Positions 38,651 through 47,422 of a DNA stretch of 64,000 bases are shown in pieces. This stretch comes from a virus. The first letter of the stretch is position 1; every line of letters starts with the position of its first letter. The stretch lies in IMG/VR virus record IMGVR_UViG_3300027801_001565. The stretch is one strand, 5' to 3'. The notes beneath the pieces were generated by a model, which was given only the letters and a program-made list of their open reading frames with translations, ran no database searches and was not told the origin of the DNA. A program made the translations under genes and the position numbers.

Positions 38651-39439
38651 TTATAACTCCTGAACATACGGAAAGTCCAGCCGAGCTGTTTTTGTTCCTC
38701 GTAATTTCTCTACTTCTGGTGGTGCTAGTGGTGCGTAAAAATGATCTTCACTAGTATATACTGTCTTATCTACTGCGTTGTTTACGCTACCATGCTTTCC
38801 AGCACGGACATGGTCTATAATAATAGGCGTGTCTCTGAAAGAAACATCTAATTTTGCTACTCTATTCATAAACTCTCTGTCCCCGTGGTGGTGTCCTGTG
38901 AAGGACTCGTCATACCCACCAGCTTCCCAGAATATTGTCTTAGACATCAAAAAACAATTCAAATGGCCTGAATATCTAGTGTCACTCGTTAGTCTAAATA
39001 GCTTTTGTTGCCACCTAGCATAACTCATATGATGATAAACACTATTAGGAGTAGGACGTATTTGTCTGAACCTAGCAACTTCCCCTGGGGGGATAATCAT
39101 ATCTATATCTGCAAATTGTATCCATTCTGTTGGGGCAACTGTAGCTATTAAATTTCTACAGCCATGACTATTAAACCCTAGGTTCTCTGTAACTCTCCAA
39201 ACTTGTAGCGTTGGACCCCACTCTGGAGGCCGCCAATCGCCAATAACTTCCATTGCAGAAGTTTGTTCGGAGCCATCGTCTACGAGGACTATATCACATC
39301 CTTGACTGTAATGTTCCCATTGCGCTATCTGTTCGCGCAGTCTGTCGGGCTCGTCAAAGTATGTGAAACCGAAAGTTAATCTACTCGGTTCCCTCGAAGT
39401 CTTTGACATCTGTTGCTGGGAAGTCAATAGTGTCTCCAT
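38651..39439 (-). CDS. GT-A fold glycosyltransferase (GT2/GT7-like; start uncertain)
   Basis: VDDGS, RNL, ADID (DxD), GGYDE.F.G...GD. Confidence 0.85.
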   Translation of the reverse strand: METLLTSQQQMSKTSREPSRLTFGFTYFDEPDRLREQIAQWEHYSQGCDIVLVDDGSEQTSAMEVIGDWRPPEWGPTLQVWRVTENLGFNSHGCRNLIATVAPTEWIQFADIDMIIPPGEVARFRQIRPTPNSVYHHMSYARWQQKLFRLTSDTRYSGHLNCFLMSKTIFWEAGGYDESFTGHHHGDREFMNRVAKLDVSFRDTPIIIDHVRAGKHGSVNNAVDKTVYTSEDHFYAPLAPPEVEKLRGTKTARLDFPYVQEL

Positions 39440-39707
39440 GTTGTAGTTGAAAGTGTTCGTTGTGTGTCAAGGATTCAGTTAGATATAATTCATAGCCTGA
39501 ATATACCTCTGCAAAAGAGTCTGACATTTTTCCTTCCAACATATGCTGGAACTCCTGAACCATTCTACCTATTTCAGATATAGTTGGCTCACCATCAAAA
39601 TTACCTAGAATGTATTCGTTGCTACCAGTTGGTGCCCACATGGGGAAGTCTTTCTCTCCCTTTGCTGTCCATAGCCTAGTGGATGCTACTAGTTTCAACT
39701 TCTGCAT
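39381..39707 (-). CDS. hypothetical protein
   Basis: 108-aa ORF, GGAG RBS. Confidence 0.6.
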   Translation of the reverse strand: MQKLKLVASTRLWTAKGEKDFPMWAPTGSNEYILGNFDGEPTISEIGRMVQEFQHMLEGKMSDSFAEVYSGYELYLTESLTHNEHFQLQHGDTIDFPATDVKDFEGTE

Positions 39708-39873
39708 TATACAACTCCAAATTTTTAGTTATTTCTTTTAAATCGATACTGTTTTTTGTAGCTAATTTCTTAGCTGTGTCTTTCCAATAAGCTCTAAAGC
39801 TAGGGTCTAGTGTTCTACGGCTTGCGTTCAAGCAGTTAACTACTCTGCGCGTGTTCTGATCTAGTTTTTTCAT
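39676..39873 (-). CDS. hypothetical protein
   Basis: ATGA-type overlap with upstream gene. Confidence 0.6.
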   Translation of the reverse strand: MKKLDQNTRRVVNCLNASRRTLDPSFRAYWKDTAKKLATKNSIDLKEITKNLELYNAEVETSSIH

Positions 39874-40367
39874 AATCTTTCCTCTGTGTAAGGCAGTTCG
39901 CCTTGTATTAATAATTCGGCTGACAATTTAGGGCCTGCCTCCACGATTCTATTTCTTAGAGATGTACTACTAAAAGTATGATCTCGTTTGTTATAGAATA
40001 ATTCAATGTTGCGATCTAAACAAATCTGCTTGGCGGTGAATTCTTTATTTCTATATTCCTCACCTAGTATTCTCATGTTCAATGGGAGTGTTAGAAATAA
40101 ATCTTCCAATTCGTCTTCAGTAGAGTACATAACGATCTCATCAACATACTTTACAGCAGCTAATTGTATTTGTCGTTCTACTATACTTTGTATGGGTCTG
40201 TTCTTAACATCACCACGATCAATAGTAGGATCAACCTGTAGCGCTGCTATGAGATAATCACAATGACGTTTAGCTTCTTCTAACATTACAACATGTCCTG
40301 CATGTAACAAGTCAAATGTGCTACAGGTAATTCCTATAGAGCCACAATCTTTATAATCTAATCTCAT
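39870..40367 (-). CDS. TagD-like cytidylyltransferase
   Basis: TFDLLHAGH, YVDE, R.H.FSSTSLR. Confidence 0.9.
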   Translation of the reverse strand: MRLDYKDCGSIGITCSTFDLLHAGHVVMLEEAKRHCDYLIAALQVDPTIDRGDVKNRPIQSIVERQIQLAAVKYVDEIVMYSTEDELEDLFLTLPLNMRILGEEYRNKEFTAKQICLDRNIELFYNKRDHTFSSTSLRNRIVEAGPKLSAELLIQGELPYTEERL

Positions 40368-40537
40368 TGTATCCATCCTATAATTATATTTAGCATTATT
40401 AAATACACACAAGCAAGGTTAGACATTACTATAAAGGTTCGGATATATGAAATTCGGTTTTCATTATTAACATCATATCCATCCTCTTCGTCAAAAGATC
40501 CTAGTGCGTGTTTCCATATTGTCCACAACTTATTCAT
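40364..40537 (-). CDS. small membrane protein (W..W..ALG family)
   Basis: MNKLWTIWKHALGSF...IRTFIV; resembles 57118..57306. Confidence 0.65.
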   Translation of the reverse strand: MNKLWTIWKHALGSFDEEDGYDVNNENRISYIRTFIVMSNLACVYLIMLNIIIGWIQ

Positions 40538-41174
40538 CCTGTGGCCACACCGAACCGAATGTCCTATCATATGTTCCATTAAACCCTGTGGCTGGTATGA
40601 TATCTGTTAAATCTCGTCTCCAGGCATTAACTGTGTCTGTTACATAGTCCTGGTATTCGCCTGGATCTACGCCATCAACATCTAGTTGTTCTCGGAACCA
40701 TCCACCAGACTCTTCTCTTTGGCATACAAGGTTATCTTCGTAATTGGGGGGTTGTTTATATCCCGCATATCCATATGTATCATCGCATCCTGGATTGTCT
40801 GTTACCCAAACACCAGCAAACATATAGAACTCGTCTTCGTATACCATACTTAGAACACAATACGGATCTACTTGAATCATATGTTCAACCAACTCCTCGA
40901 AGAATACATCAGGGGCAATCCATGCTGATGTTATTTCAACAGCAGTACCCATGAACTCTGTAATCCTAGCTTCCCTAGGACCTACAAACATATCCATAAA
41001 CGCCTGGCGCTCTTCTCCCTCGTCTGGGGTGTATGGTCCAAAAGTATATATATCCGAATACTCTAATCCACGCTCATCTTTATTCTCAATCTCTGAAAAT
41101 ACTCTTAAGAACTCGTGTTCCGATTCAATACTACCAGATTCAAATCTGATTGTTGAGTATACGTTATTTGCCAT
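40530..41174 (-). CDS. hypothetical acidic protein
   Basis: 214-aa ORF, GGGAG RBS. Confidence 0.7.
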   Translation of the reverse strand: MANNVYSTIRFESGSIESEHEFLRVFSEIENKDERGLEYSDIYTFGPYTPDEGEERQAFMDMFVGPREARITEFMGTAVEITSAWIAPDVFFEELVEHMIQVDPYCVLSMVYEDEFYMFAGVWVTDNPGCDDTYGYAGYKQPPNYEDNLVCQREESGGWFREQLDVDGVDPGEYQDYVTDTVNAWRRDLTDIIPATGFNGTYDRTFGSVWPQDE

Positions 41175-41355
41175 GCAGTTTCTCCCTTTGTTTAACGAAT
41201 GTTTGTGCTGTTTCTATTGCTAAAATTTCATCACCTAATATTTCTGTAAAAATCAAATTATCTTTACTAAAAAACTCTACTTGGAACAGTTCGCTGTCGC
41301 TCTTAACTGGCGCCACCACTGCTCTAAAAAATTCGTTTCCAAAGGAAGTATTCAT
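41164..41355 (-). CDS. hypothetical protein
   Basis: GGAG RBS, directly downstream of the tRNA. Confidence 0.6.
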   Translation of the reverse strand: MNTSFGNEFFRAVVAPVKSDSELFQVEFFSKDNLIFTEILGDEILAIETAQTFVKQREKLHGK

Positions 41356-41373
41356 CTTATCTCCAATGATATA

Positions 41374-41449
41374 TGGAGCTTGAGATAGGAGTCGAACCTA
41401 CGACCTGAGGTTTACAAAACCCCTGCTCTACCAACTGAGCTACTCAAGC
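41374..41449 (-). tRNA. tRNA-Thr(TGT)
   Basis: 76-nt cloverleaf GCTTGAG...TAGCTCAGTTGGTAGAGC...TT-TGT-AA...GTTCGACTCC...CTCAAGC-T-CCA with encoded CCA; TATAAATA at 41467-41474. Confidence 0.95.
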
Positions 41450-41529
41450 ATTTTACTAATGCTATTTATTTATACATGGCTCTTAAACCCTATTAGGGTA
41501 GGTCAACCAATAACCTGGAATAAGTATGA

Positions 41530-41554
41530 GGGGCTGGGTATTACCCAACCCCCC
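41530..41554 (-). terminator. GC-rich hairpin, possible terminator
   Basis: ggggctgggta-t-tacccaacccc after ORF 41564; no long U tract. Confidence 0.45.
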
Positions 41555-41563
41555 AAGCACGGT

Positions 41564-41821
41564 TTAACTAAAAACCGATGCGCCTTCAGATGAAAACGCT
41601 GCTGCTACCATAGCCCTTGTAGGGGTTCCAAGTCTATAAGTAGGGTTACCTATAGAATTAGTGTTAGTATATACAGCATAGCCTTTAGATCTAAGATCAA
41701 AGATCCTAGCAGGTAGTCTATTTACCTTTAACTTGTGCGTTGCTACTGCATTGCTCAAGCTTTTGCCTTGCTGCAAAAAGTTTAACACTTTCTGAGCATC
41801 GCTCACTTTACGATTAGCCAT
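41564..41821 (-). CDS. winged-helix DNA-binding-like protein
   Basis: VL.FLQ.G.SL....A...ARI.DLR.KGY.VYTN; GGAGG RBS before MANRK. Confidence 0.65.
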   Translation of the reverse strand: MANRKVSDAQKVLNFLQQGKSLSNAVATHKLKVNRLPARIFDLRSKGYAVYTNTNSIGNPTYRLGTPTRAMVAAAFSSEGASVFS

Positions 41822-42185
41822 TGTTGGCCTCCATGTTGATGTTGGCAGAATTGCCTGCACCCTCGTTAACAATTACAGTTGAGCTTACGCTTACTGTTCT
41901 TGTAGTCTTAGGTACATTCCTATACATGACTCTTTGGAGTGCGTCTCTTGCGTCAAAGTTAGACTTAATGTCTTCCCTCTCCAACAAGTATTCTGACGCA
42001 GCCTTCTTAGTCATGGCTTCCGGCAGCTCAGCGAACCACGTATCGTTGTTCCCCTTTGCCGTAAGTTTCTTGATGCGAGACACCATATCATTTCCGAACC
42101 GTGCTTTACACACGCCTTTCTCTGACATTGAATATCCTGCATATTTAAATAATTGATTACTCATAACAACTTTCCTTTTTTTCAT
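41814..42185 (-). CDS. conserved phage hypothetical protein (start uncertain)
   Basis: AGYS...K.RF.ND..SRIK.L...ELP.AMTK; own sigma70 promoter. Confidence 0.7.
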   Translation of the reverse strand: MKKRKVVMSNQLFKYAGYSMSEKGVCKARFGNDMVSRIKKLTAKGNNDTWFAELPEAMTKKAASEYLLEREDIKSNFDARDALQRVMYRNVPKTTRTVSVSSTVIVNEGAGNSANINMEANNG

Positions 42186-42252
42186 TTAATGTTAACACTA
42201 TTATAAACTCTTACTAAGTAAAAGTCAACCTTTATTGTACCAAAAGCATCAA

Positions 42253-42759
42253 TTAAGCTGCCTTTAAGATACGCTTCACCAAACGCTCTTCTGAGTATTT
42301 TAAGCCCTTGTGGTAGCAGTAGTAACCTAAGTCACCTTCTACGTCCTCAGCAGCCATGTCCCATTTAAGAGCGGTTCTGATGTCCTTTGCACCCATATCA
42401 ACTAAGTTGCGTAAATGTGCCTTCCAGGCTGTCTTAGCCTCTTTTGCCATTTCATTTTCACGCTCCCAAGTCTCATCGGCTGCTTTCGAGTAGTACTCGA
42501 TATCTTTTTGTAATTCGTCAATGGAGCAAGCCTTCCAGTCGAAACGAGCTCTAAACCCGTTAGCTTCCTTCGAGATGTCGGATATAGTACCGTACATCTC
42601 CCACTTGATGGCGTCCTCAAGAGTGAAGACTCCAGCCTCATTGTAATACTCCACAGTATCAAACTCTGAGACCCTACCATATTCCGCCAAATTCTGAGCC
42701 TGCTTAGCCTCACAAAATGCTTCTAATGTAGTGTAGTCTGTTAGTTTGATGTATGTCAT
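42253..42759 (-). CDS. hypothetical early protein
   Basis: Downstream of early promoter cassette 42781-42820. Confidence 0.7.
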   Translation of the reverse strand: MTYIKLTDYTTLEAFCEAKQAQNLAEYGRVSEFDTVEYYNEAGVFTLEDAIKWEMYGTISDISKEANGFRARFDWKACSIDELQKDIEYYSKAADETWERENEMAKEAKTAWKAHLRNLVDMGAKDIRTALKWDMAAEDVEGDLGYYCYHKGLKYSEERLVKRILKAA

Positions 42760-42773
42760 ATCTTTAATCCCTT

Positions 42774-43310
42774 TTACTTAATTATACCGTTATTATGCAC
42801 TCTATTGAACCACATGTCAACCTTTTTCTGTGCTTTTTTCAAAAGAGTTTTGTCAGCCTTAACAAGGAGTTGTACCAATTGGTCCTTTTCCTTCATGTAA
42901 ACCTTAGCAAAATCCTCATCATGTTCGGTGATTGACTTGGTGTTATCAAGCAAATCTGCAATTTTTATAGTCTGTCCCTGTGAAGATGCTTGGGCAGAAT
43001 GCTCTCTGTCCATAGTCTTTCTAAATGCTCTGTTACCATCTTCTGGCTTGGATATATCAGTCAATTCTTCAACCAAATCTGCTACACAATGTCCAAAATG
43101 GAAGGCAATCTGATCTAGTGTTACATCACAGTCCTCAACGGTGTCATGCAATACAGCTGCCATAAGCATTTCGTCCGTATGTTCTACAGTTTTAACTGTC
43201 TCCATAACTGCCAAAGGGTGTACTATGTAGGGCTCTCCCGTGTATTTACGGGTCTGTCCTTCGTGTGCCTTTGTGGCAAATGTTATGGCTTTTTCTATTT
43301 GTTTCTTCAT
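42774..43310 (-). CDS. HD-domain (RelA/SpoT small alarmone hydrolase-like) protein
   Basis: AH.GQ.RK..GEPYIVHP, AAVLHDTVED, IK.AD...N. Confidence 0.85.
   Translation of the reverse strand: MKKQIEKAITFATKAHEGQTRKYTGEPYIVHPLAVMETVKTVEHTDEMLMAAVLHDTVEDCDVTLDQIAFHFGHCVADLVEELTDISKPEDGNRAFRKTMDREHSAQASSQGQTIKIADLLDNTKSITEHDEDFAKVYMKEKDQLVQLLVKADKTLLKKAQKKVDMWFNRVHNNGIIK
42781..42820 (-). promoter_or_regulatory. early promoter cassette
   Basis: TTGACA-N17-CATAAT-AACGG-TATAAT. Confidence 0.8.
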
Positions 43311-43348
43311 TATACCGTTATTATAGCAAGCGGCGGACCATATGTCAA
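43309..43348 (-). promoter_or_regulatory. early promoter cassette
   Basis: TTGACA-N17-TATAAT-AACGG-TATAAT(G); the second box overlaps the ATG. Confidence 0.8.
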
Positions 43349-43427
43349 GCATTATCTATGTTTTGGTGCAAATCTTTTTATCTATGGAAATCAATTACTT
43401 AGGTAATCCCTGTAGGGGGCTGTACAA

Positions 43428-43499
43428 AGGGGCTATTTTAGGGTAGCCTAGGGTACTACTTGGAGTAATAAATCCCTTACAGGGTGTCTGTTAGAGCCG
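43428..43499. repeat. dispersed ~72-bp structured element, copy 1
   Basis: AGGGGCTATT.TAGGGTA...CTTGG.GTA.TAAA.CCCTTA.AGGG..TG...TAGAGCCG shared with 61968-62040. Confidence 0.75.
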
Positions 43500-43731
43500 A
43501 TATTAGCTCATATGTACGTTTCTTAGGGTCTAGCACGTCTGTAGTGTACTTTACTTCAATGCCACGCCTAGTGAACTCATTTATTATCTTAGTCCTTTGC
43601 TTGGGTCTCCCCTTGTTTAGGACATCAATTAATGTCTGAGGTGTTGCTTGTTTCACATAGTAATGATTAATTTTAATCTTACCTGTTTGTCTGTCTTTTA
43701 TCTTTTCACTTGATCTGTATTTAGCGGGCAT
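43477..43731 (-). CDS. hypothetical basic protein
   Basis: AGGAGA RBS. Confidence 0.65.
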   Translation of the reverse strand: MPAKYRSSEKIKDRQTGKIKINHYYVKQATPQTLIDVLNKGRPKQRTKIINEFTRRGIEVKYTTDVLDPKKRTYELISALTDTL

Positions 43732-43751
43732 TATGTCTCCTGTATATTATA

Positions 43752-44099
43752 TTATTTTCCTTTGGTGTATGCTTGGGCGCCAAAGAAGGCCGCCACTATT
43801 CCTGCTACTGCAACAAAATATGTTGGTGCCATATCTCCTAGGGTTGCCTGTGCTTGATCTAATCCTGCTAATGATGCACACACCACAGCAAATGGGTATA
43901 ACAACAAGCCTGCTAATGCAAACCATGTCATTTTTCTCTGTGCATCTCGCATTGCATCAGCATCTTCTAGTTCTTTTCTTTTGAACTCTAAGAACATTTT
44001 CTCTTCAGCTTTGCTTACTTTACCGTCGCCGTTTGTATCGGCTGGGTGGGCTATTTTAGCTGCCTCTTCTTCAGTCCAATCGTTTTTTGAATCTACCAT
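43752..44099 (-). CDS. EF-hand-like membrane protein (holin-like topology)
   Basis: DTNGDGKVS..E followed by two TM segments. Confidence 0.65.
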   Translation of the reverse strand: MVDSKNDWTEEEAAKIAHPADTNGDGKVSKAEEKMFLEFKRKELEDADAMRDAQRKMTWFALAGLLLYPFAVVCASLAGLDQAQATLGDMAPTYFVAVAGIVAAFFGAQAYTKGK

Positions 44100-44101
44100 A
44101 T

Positions 44102-44860
44102 TTACTCCTGTGGAAATAATTCCGTGTAATTATTATTCTTTCCTTTACATTGTAAAAGTTTGTTGGAAAGTTCATTTATATTTATATTAGTTTTTAACTT
44201 AGCAAATGGGATATACCCCAACCTTAATGCTTCCATGTCATCAGGTAGATTTAATCTTGTTTTAAGATTGGCGTGCATTACTTTAGCCCTTGCTTTAAAT
44301 CCTTGTGATGTATGCGAATTGATCTCTGGTCCTAACCAACAATGGAAACTTGGACGGCAAAGGCTTTGTGGATGATATTGATCCTTTTTAATACCAATGT
44401 CCTCAGAGAATACGATCTCTGCAAAATGTTTACCAACATGAGCATAATTTACATACAAATGTCCAGGGACTCTCTCCACGGTGAAATGTTTGTAGTCTTC
44501 TTCCCGTACATTAATTTCTGCATTAGTGTTGTTTTCATTACCCCGTACACTATGTCCCCACCTAGGAGGAAACCCAGATGATTGTAATTCATGGTAATGG
44601 ATCAAGTCGTTAAGTCTGCTAGCGTCTGGATGATCTGGATGATCTGCAAACATCTCATGCAATTTATTCATGTCTGAGTCTGCTGGCCAACCAGCCATAT
44701 AAGCTATCTTTTCAATCTCAGATTTAATCTCTCTTAAAGTCTCTCCCATGAAAAAGAATTCGTTTGTTTCGTGTACGTTTGCTACTAGGAACTTAGCAAA
44801 TCTTTCAGCAATAGGAGTATCAAGTACTTCCCATTCTACGTCGTTAAAATTTAAAATCAT
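44102..44860 (-). CDS. hypothetical protein
   Basis: Likely start MILNF; LYVNYAHVGK and L.LGYIP.A motifs. Confidence 0.65.
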   Translation of the reverse strand: MILNFNDVEWEVLDTPIAERFAKFLVANVHETNEFFFMGETLREIKSEIEKIAYMAGWPADSDMNKLHEMFADHPDHPDASRLNDLIHYHELQSSGFPPRWGHSVRGNENNTNAEINVREEDYKHFTVERVPGHLYVNYAHVGKHFAEIVFSEDIGIKKDQYHPQSLCRPSFHCWLGPEINSHTSQGFKARAKVMHANLKTRLNLPDDMEALRLGYIPFAKLKTNININELSNKLLQCKGKNNNYTELFPQE

Positions 44861-46220
44861 TGTAATTTCCTTCTGTTTTCCCACGATCGAATACTGGCAT
44901 TTCAATATTCGCATCAGTTAACTGCTGTTGTGCAGATTCGTCTAAGTCAAACAATTTCATCCTAGGCCTATCTACCCCTATCATAAATCTTTTGTTAGTT
45001 GTAGGATCTGCATATCTATTCTTCAACTGTTTAATCATTAGCTGTCCCATATTCTCTAACTCCTCATTACTTATAATAGCAAACATTAAGTCTGCTGTAG
45101 CAGGGAGTCCAAAACTCTCAGAAGTATCTGTTAGTGAGACATCGCTGTTATCGTAACCACCCCTTGTTGTCTGTGTAGCACTTACAATAGGAACGTCTTG
45201 CTCTACTGCCAAACCTCTAAGCTCTTCCGCGATGCTCTTAATAATAGTATAAGAGTTAGCGCTACTGCCAGGTTTAAATCGGCTACTAGAACAAATATTC
45301 AAGTAGTCAATAAAAATAATATCTGCAGAGAAGTTTCTCTTTAGTTTTAATTCATTTATTAATGCCTTAAAGTGTCCACTATGTGCTGATGCTGTAGGAT
45401 ATTCCTTAACAATAAGTCTACCTTGTATCTTATCATTAATTTTTTTAATCCTATCATCAAACATCTGCTTAGATAAATCCTTCAAATCACCAATAGGTAT
45501 ATTCATCATGTTAGCGTCTATACGTTCTGCGATCCTTTCCTCTGACATCTCTAGTGTAATATAGAGTACATTCTTACCCTTTGAGATTGCCGCTGATGCC
45601 ATATGACACATAAACAGGGACTTACCTACTCCCGTGCCTGCTAGTGCTATGTTTAATGTTTTGTTAGACAATCCACCGTCTGTTATCCTATTAAACATAT
45701 CTAAGTCAAACTCTACCTTCTCTTCTAGCCTGTGATAATATTCATACCTACCTTCTGCATCTTCAATAAAGTCATGTCCGATGTTAGTATCAAATCCTAC
45801 AGACAATGCCTCTGATAAAATCTGAGGTAAAGCATCTGCTGTGTGAGTAGTACTCTTACCGTCTATGATCTGTATGCTTTCCATAATACTATTGTACAAT
45901 GCTTTATCCTTACAAAACTTCTCAGTCTCATCAATAAGCCATTCCAAGTTAACCACAGTACCATTCAAATCATTAACCACATCCATACAATGTTTGTAGC
46001 TTTCATCGTTAAGAGATTTATCCTCACCTAGGGCAAGTATAATAGCCTGCTTGCTAGGTGGGTTGTTATATTTTGTAACAAAATCTGAGATTATATTAAA
46101 TACTTTTCTATCCTCATGGGCTGAAAAATATTCTTCCTTAAGGAAAGGGATTACCTTTCTGATATAGGTGTCGTCTTTAACCAGATTTTCTAATATAACT
46201 TGTTCTATTCTATTCTTCAT
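44844..46220 (-). CDS. replicative DNA helicase (T4 gp41)
   Basis: AGTGVGKS, YITLEM, IDYLNI, SATQTTR, SESFGLPATAD. Confidence 0.95.
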   Translation of the reverse strand: MKNRIEQVILENLVKDDTYIRKVIPFLKEEYFSAHEDRKVFNIISDFVTKYNNPPSKQAIILALGEDKSLNDESYKHCMDVVNDLNGTVVNLEWLIDETEKFCKDKALYNSIMESIQIIDGKSTTHTADALPQILSEALSVGFDTNIGHDFIEDAEGRYEYYHRLEEKVEFDLDMFNRITDGGLSNKTLNIALAGTGVGKSLFMCHMASAAISKGKNVLYITLEMSEERIAERIDANMMNIPIGDLKDLSKQMFDDRIKKINDKIQGRLIVKEYPTASAHSGHFKALINELKLKRNFSADIIFIDYLNICSSSRFKPGSSANSYTIIKSIAEELRGLAVEQDVPIVSATQTTRGGYDNSDVSLTDTSESFGLPATADLMFAIISNEELENMGQLMIKQLKNRYADPTTNKRFMIGVDRPRMKLFDLDESAQQQLTDANIEMPVFDRGKTEGNYNDFKF

Positions 46221-46377
46221 ACGGTGGCAAATCCTTAATATGCTGGTTATAAACTATAGCTACACACGGTCCACAAATATACATCTCTCCTTCAGGAGTA
46301 TGAAAGCAATATGCTTTGTCTGCCTTCAGATCTATTTTTGTCTCGCAACGATCACACTTCGGAATATGCTTTGTCAA
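46210..46377 (-). CDS. small zinc-finger protein (not in ORF track)
   Basis: TTG start after GAGGA; MTKHIPKCDRCETKIDLKADKAYCF...YICGPCVAIVYNQHIKDLPPYEE*. Confidence 0.65.
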   Translation of the reverse strand: MTKHIPKCDRCETKIDLKADKAYCFHTPEGEMYICGPCVAIVYNQHIKDLPPYEE

Positions 46378-47422
46378 TGTCTTCCTCATTTATTTCTTTA
46401 GCAATCATATCAACTGAACCAATAGTGTACCTAGCTTTAACCCATTCTGAAAACGAAGGGTCTTGTAATATAGGTAGCCAAAACTCTTTCTGCAAATCTT
46501 TAGCTCTTACTTTAGGTTCTACAACTTCGCCTGTATCCATATTAACTCTCTGATACCAACCATTGCTAGGTTTAATTACATGTCCAGATTCTATTCCCAT
46601 ATCCAATAGCCCAGACCATTTACTAATGCCTTTCTCCCAGGATACTTCTACAGGGATTTTAGATTTCTCTCTAACAAACCTAGACTTCTCAACATTAATT
46701 ACAAAGGAATATCCTGTAATTTCTGTGCCTGTTTTCTCTTGTCGTCTACCGATAATAAAAATGTTATCTGCTGAGTAGTAAACACCTGTGCCACCACTAA
46801 CAACATCTTTAGGAAACAAACCAATCTCTTTATATGTATGATTAATTACAATAGCTGGGATGTCTTTAATAGTTAAGTGAGGAGTAACCATTCTGAATAA
46901 GGACTTCATTTGTTTAGCCCTTGTCATGTCTGCTACACTCTTACCTTCTAAAGCATCTTCTACTTCTTTCTTACTTGCTAAGTTACCAATAGAGTCTACA
47001 ATAATCATAACGTGGTCTTCACGTTCGATACCTGCCAACTGTTGCATAATGTCATGCTTTAGTTGTTCAATATCTGCGATAGGTGTATGTACTACTCTAT
47101 CTGTATCAATCTCAAATGTCTCAAAATAAGACTTAGGTGCACCAAATTCTGAATCGTAGAATAAGATTACTCCGTCCTCATATTTGTTTAAAAAACTTTT
47201 AGCTAACAACATACCGAATGCTGTTTTAAAATGTTTACTAGGACCTGCGAATACTGTTAAGCCAGGTGTCAACCCGCCATCTAGTTTTCCACTTAATGCA
47301 ACGTTAACCGCCGGGACGGATGTTTGTATTAAGTCTTGATCGTTAAAGAACTTAGATCCTGTAAGGATATCAGTCTGTTTAATTGTTGAATTCTTCTGAA
47401 TTCGTTCTATGAGATTACTCAT
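46352..47422 (-). CDS. uvsX: RecA-like recombinase
   Basis: AGPSKHFKT, YDSEFG, DSIGNLASKKE, DMTRAK. Confidence 0.95.
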   Translation of the reverse strand: MSNLIERIQKNSTIKQTDILTGSKFFNDQDLIQTSVPAVNVALSGKLDGGLTPGLTVFAGPSKHFKTAFGMLLAKSFLNKYEDGVILFYDSEFGAPKSYFETFEIDTDRVVHTPIADIEQLKHDIMQQLAGIEREDHVMIIVDSIGNLASKKEVEDALEGKSVADMTRAKQMKSLFRMVTPHLTIKDIPAIVINHTYKEIGLFPKDVVSGGTGVYYSADNIFIIGRRQEKTGTEITGYSFVINVEKSRFVREKSKIPVEVSWEKGISKWSGLLDMGIESGHVIKPSNGWYQRVNMDTGEVVEPKVRAKDLQKEFWLPILQDPSFSEWVKARYTIGSVDMIAKEINEEDIDKAYSEV

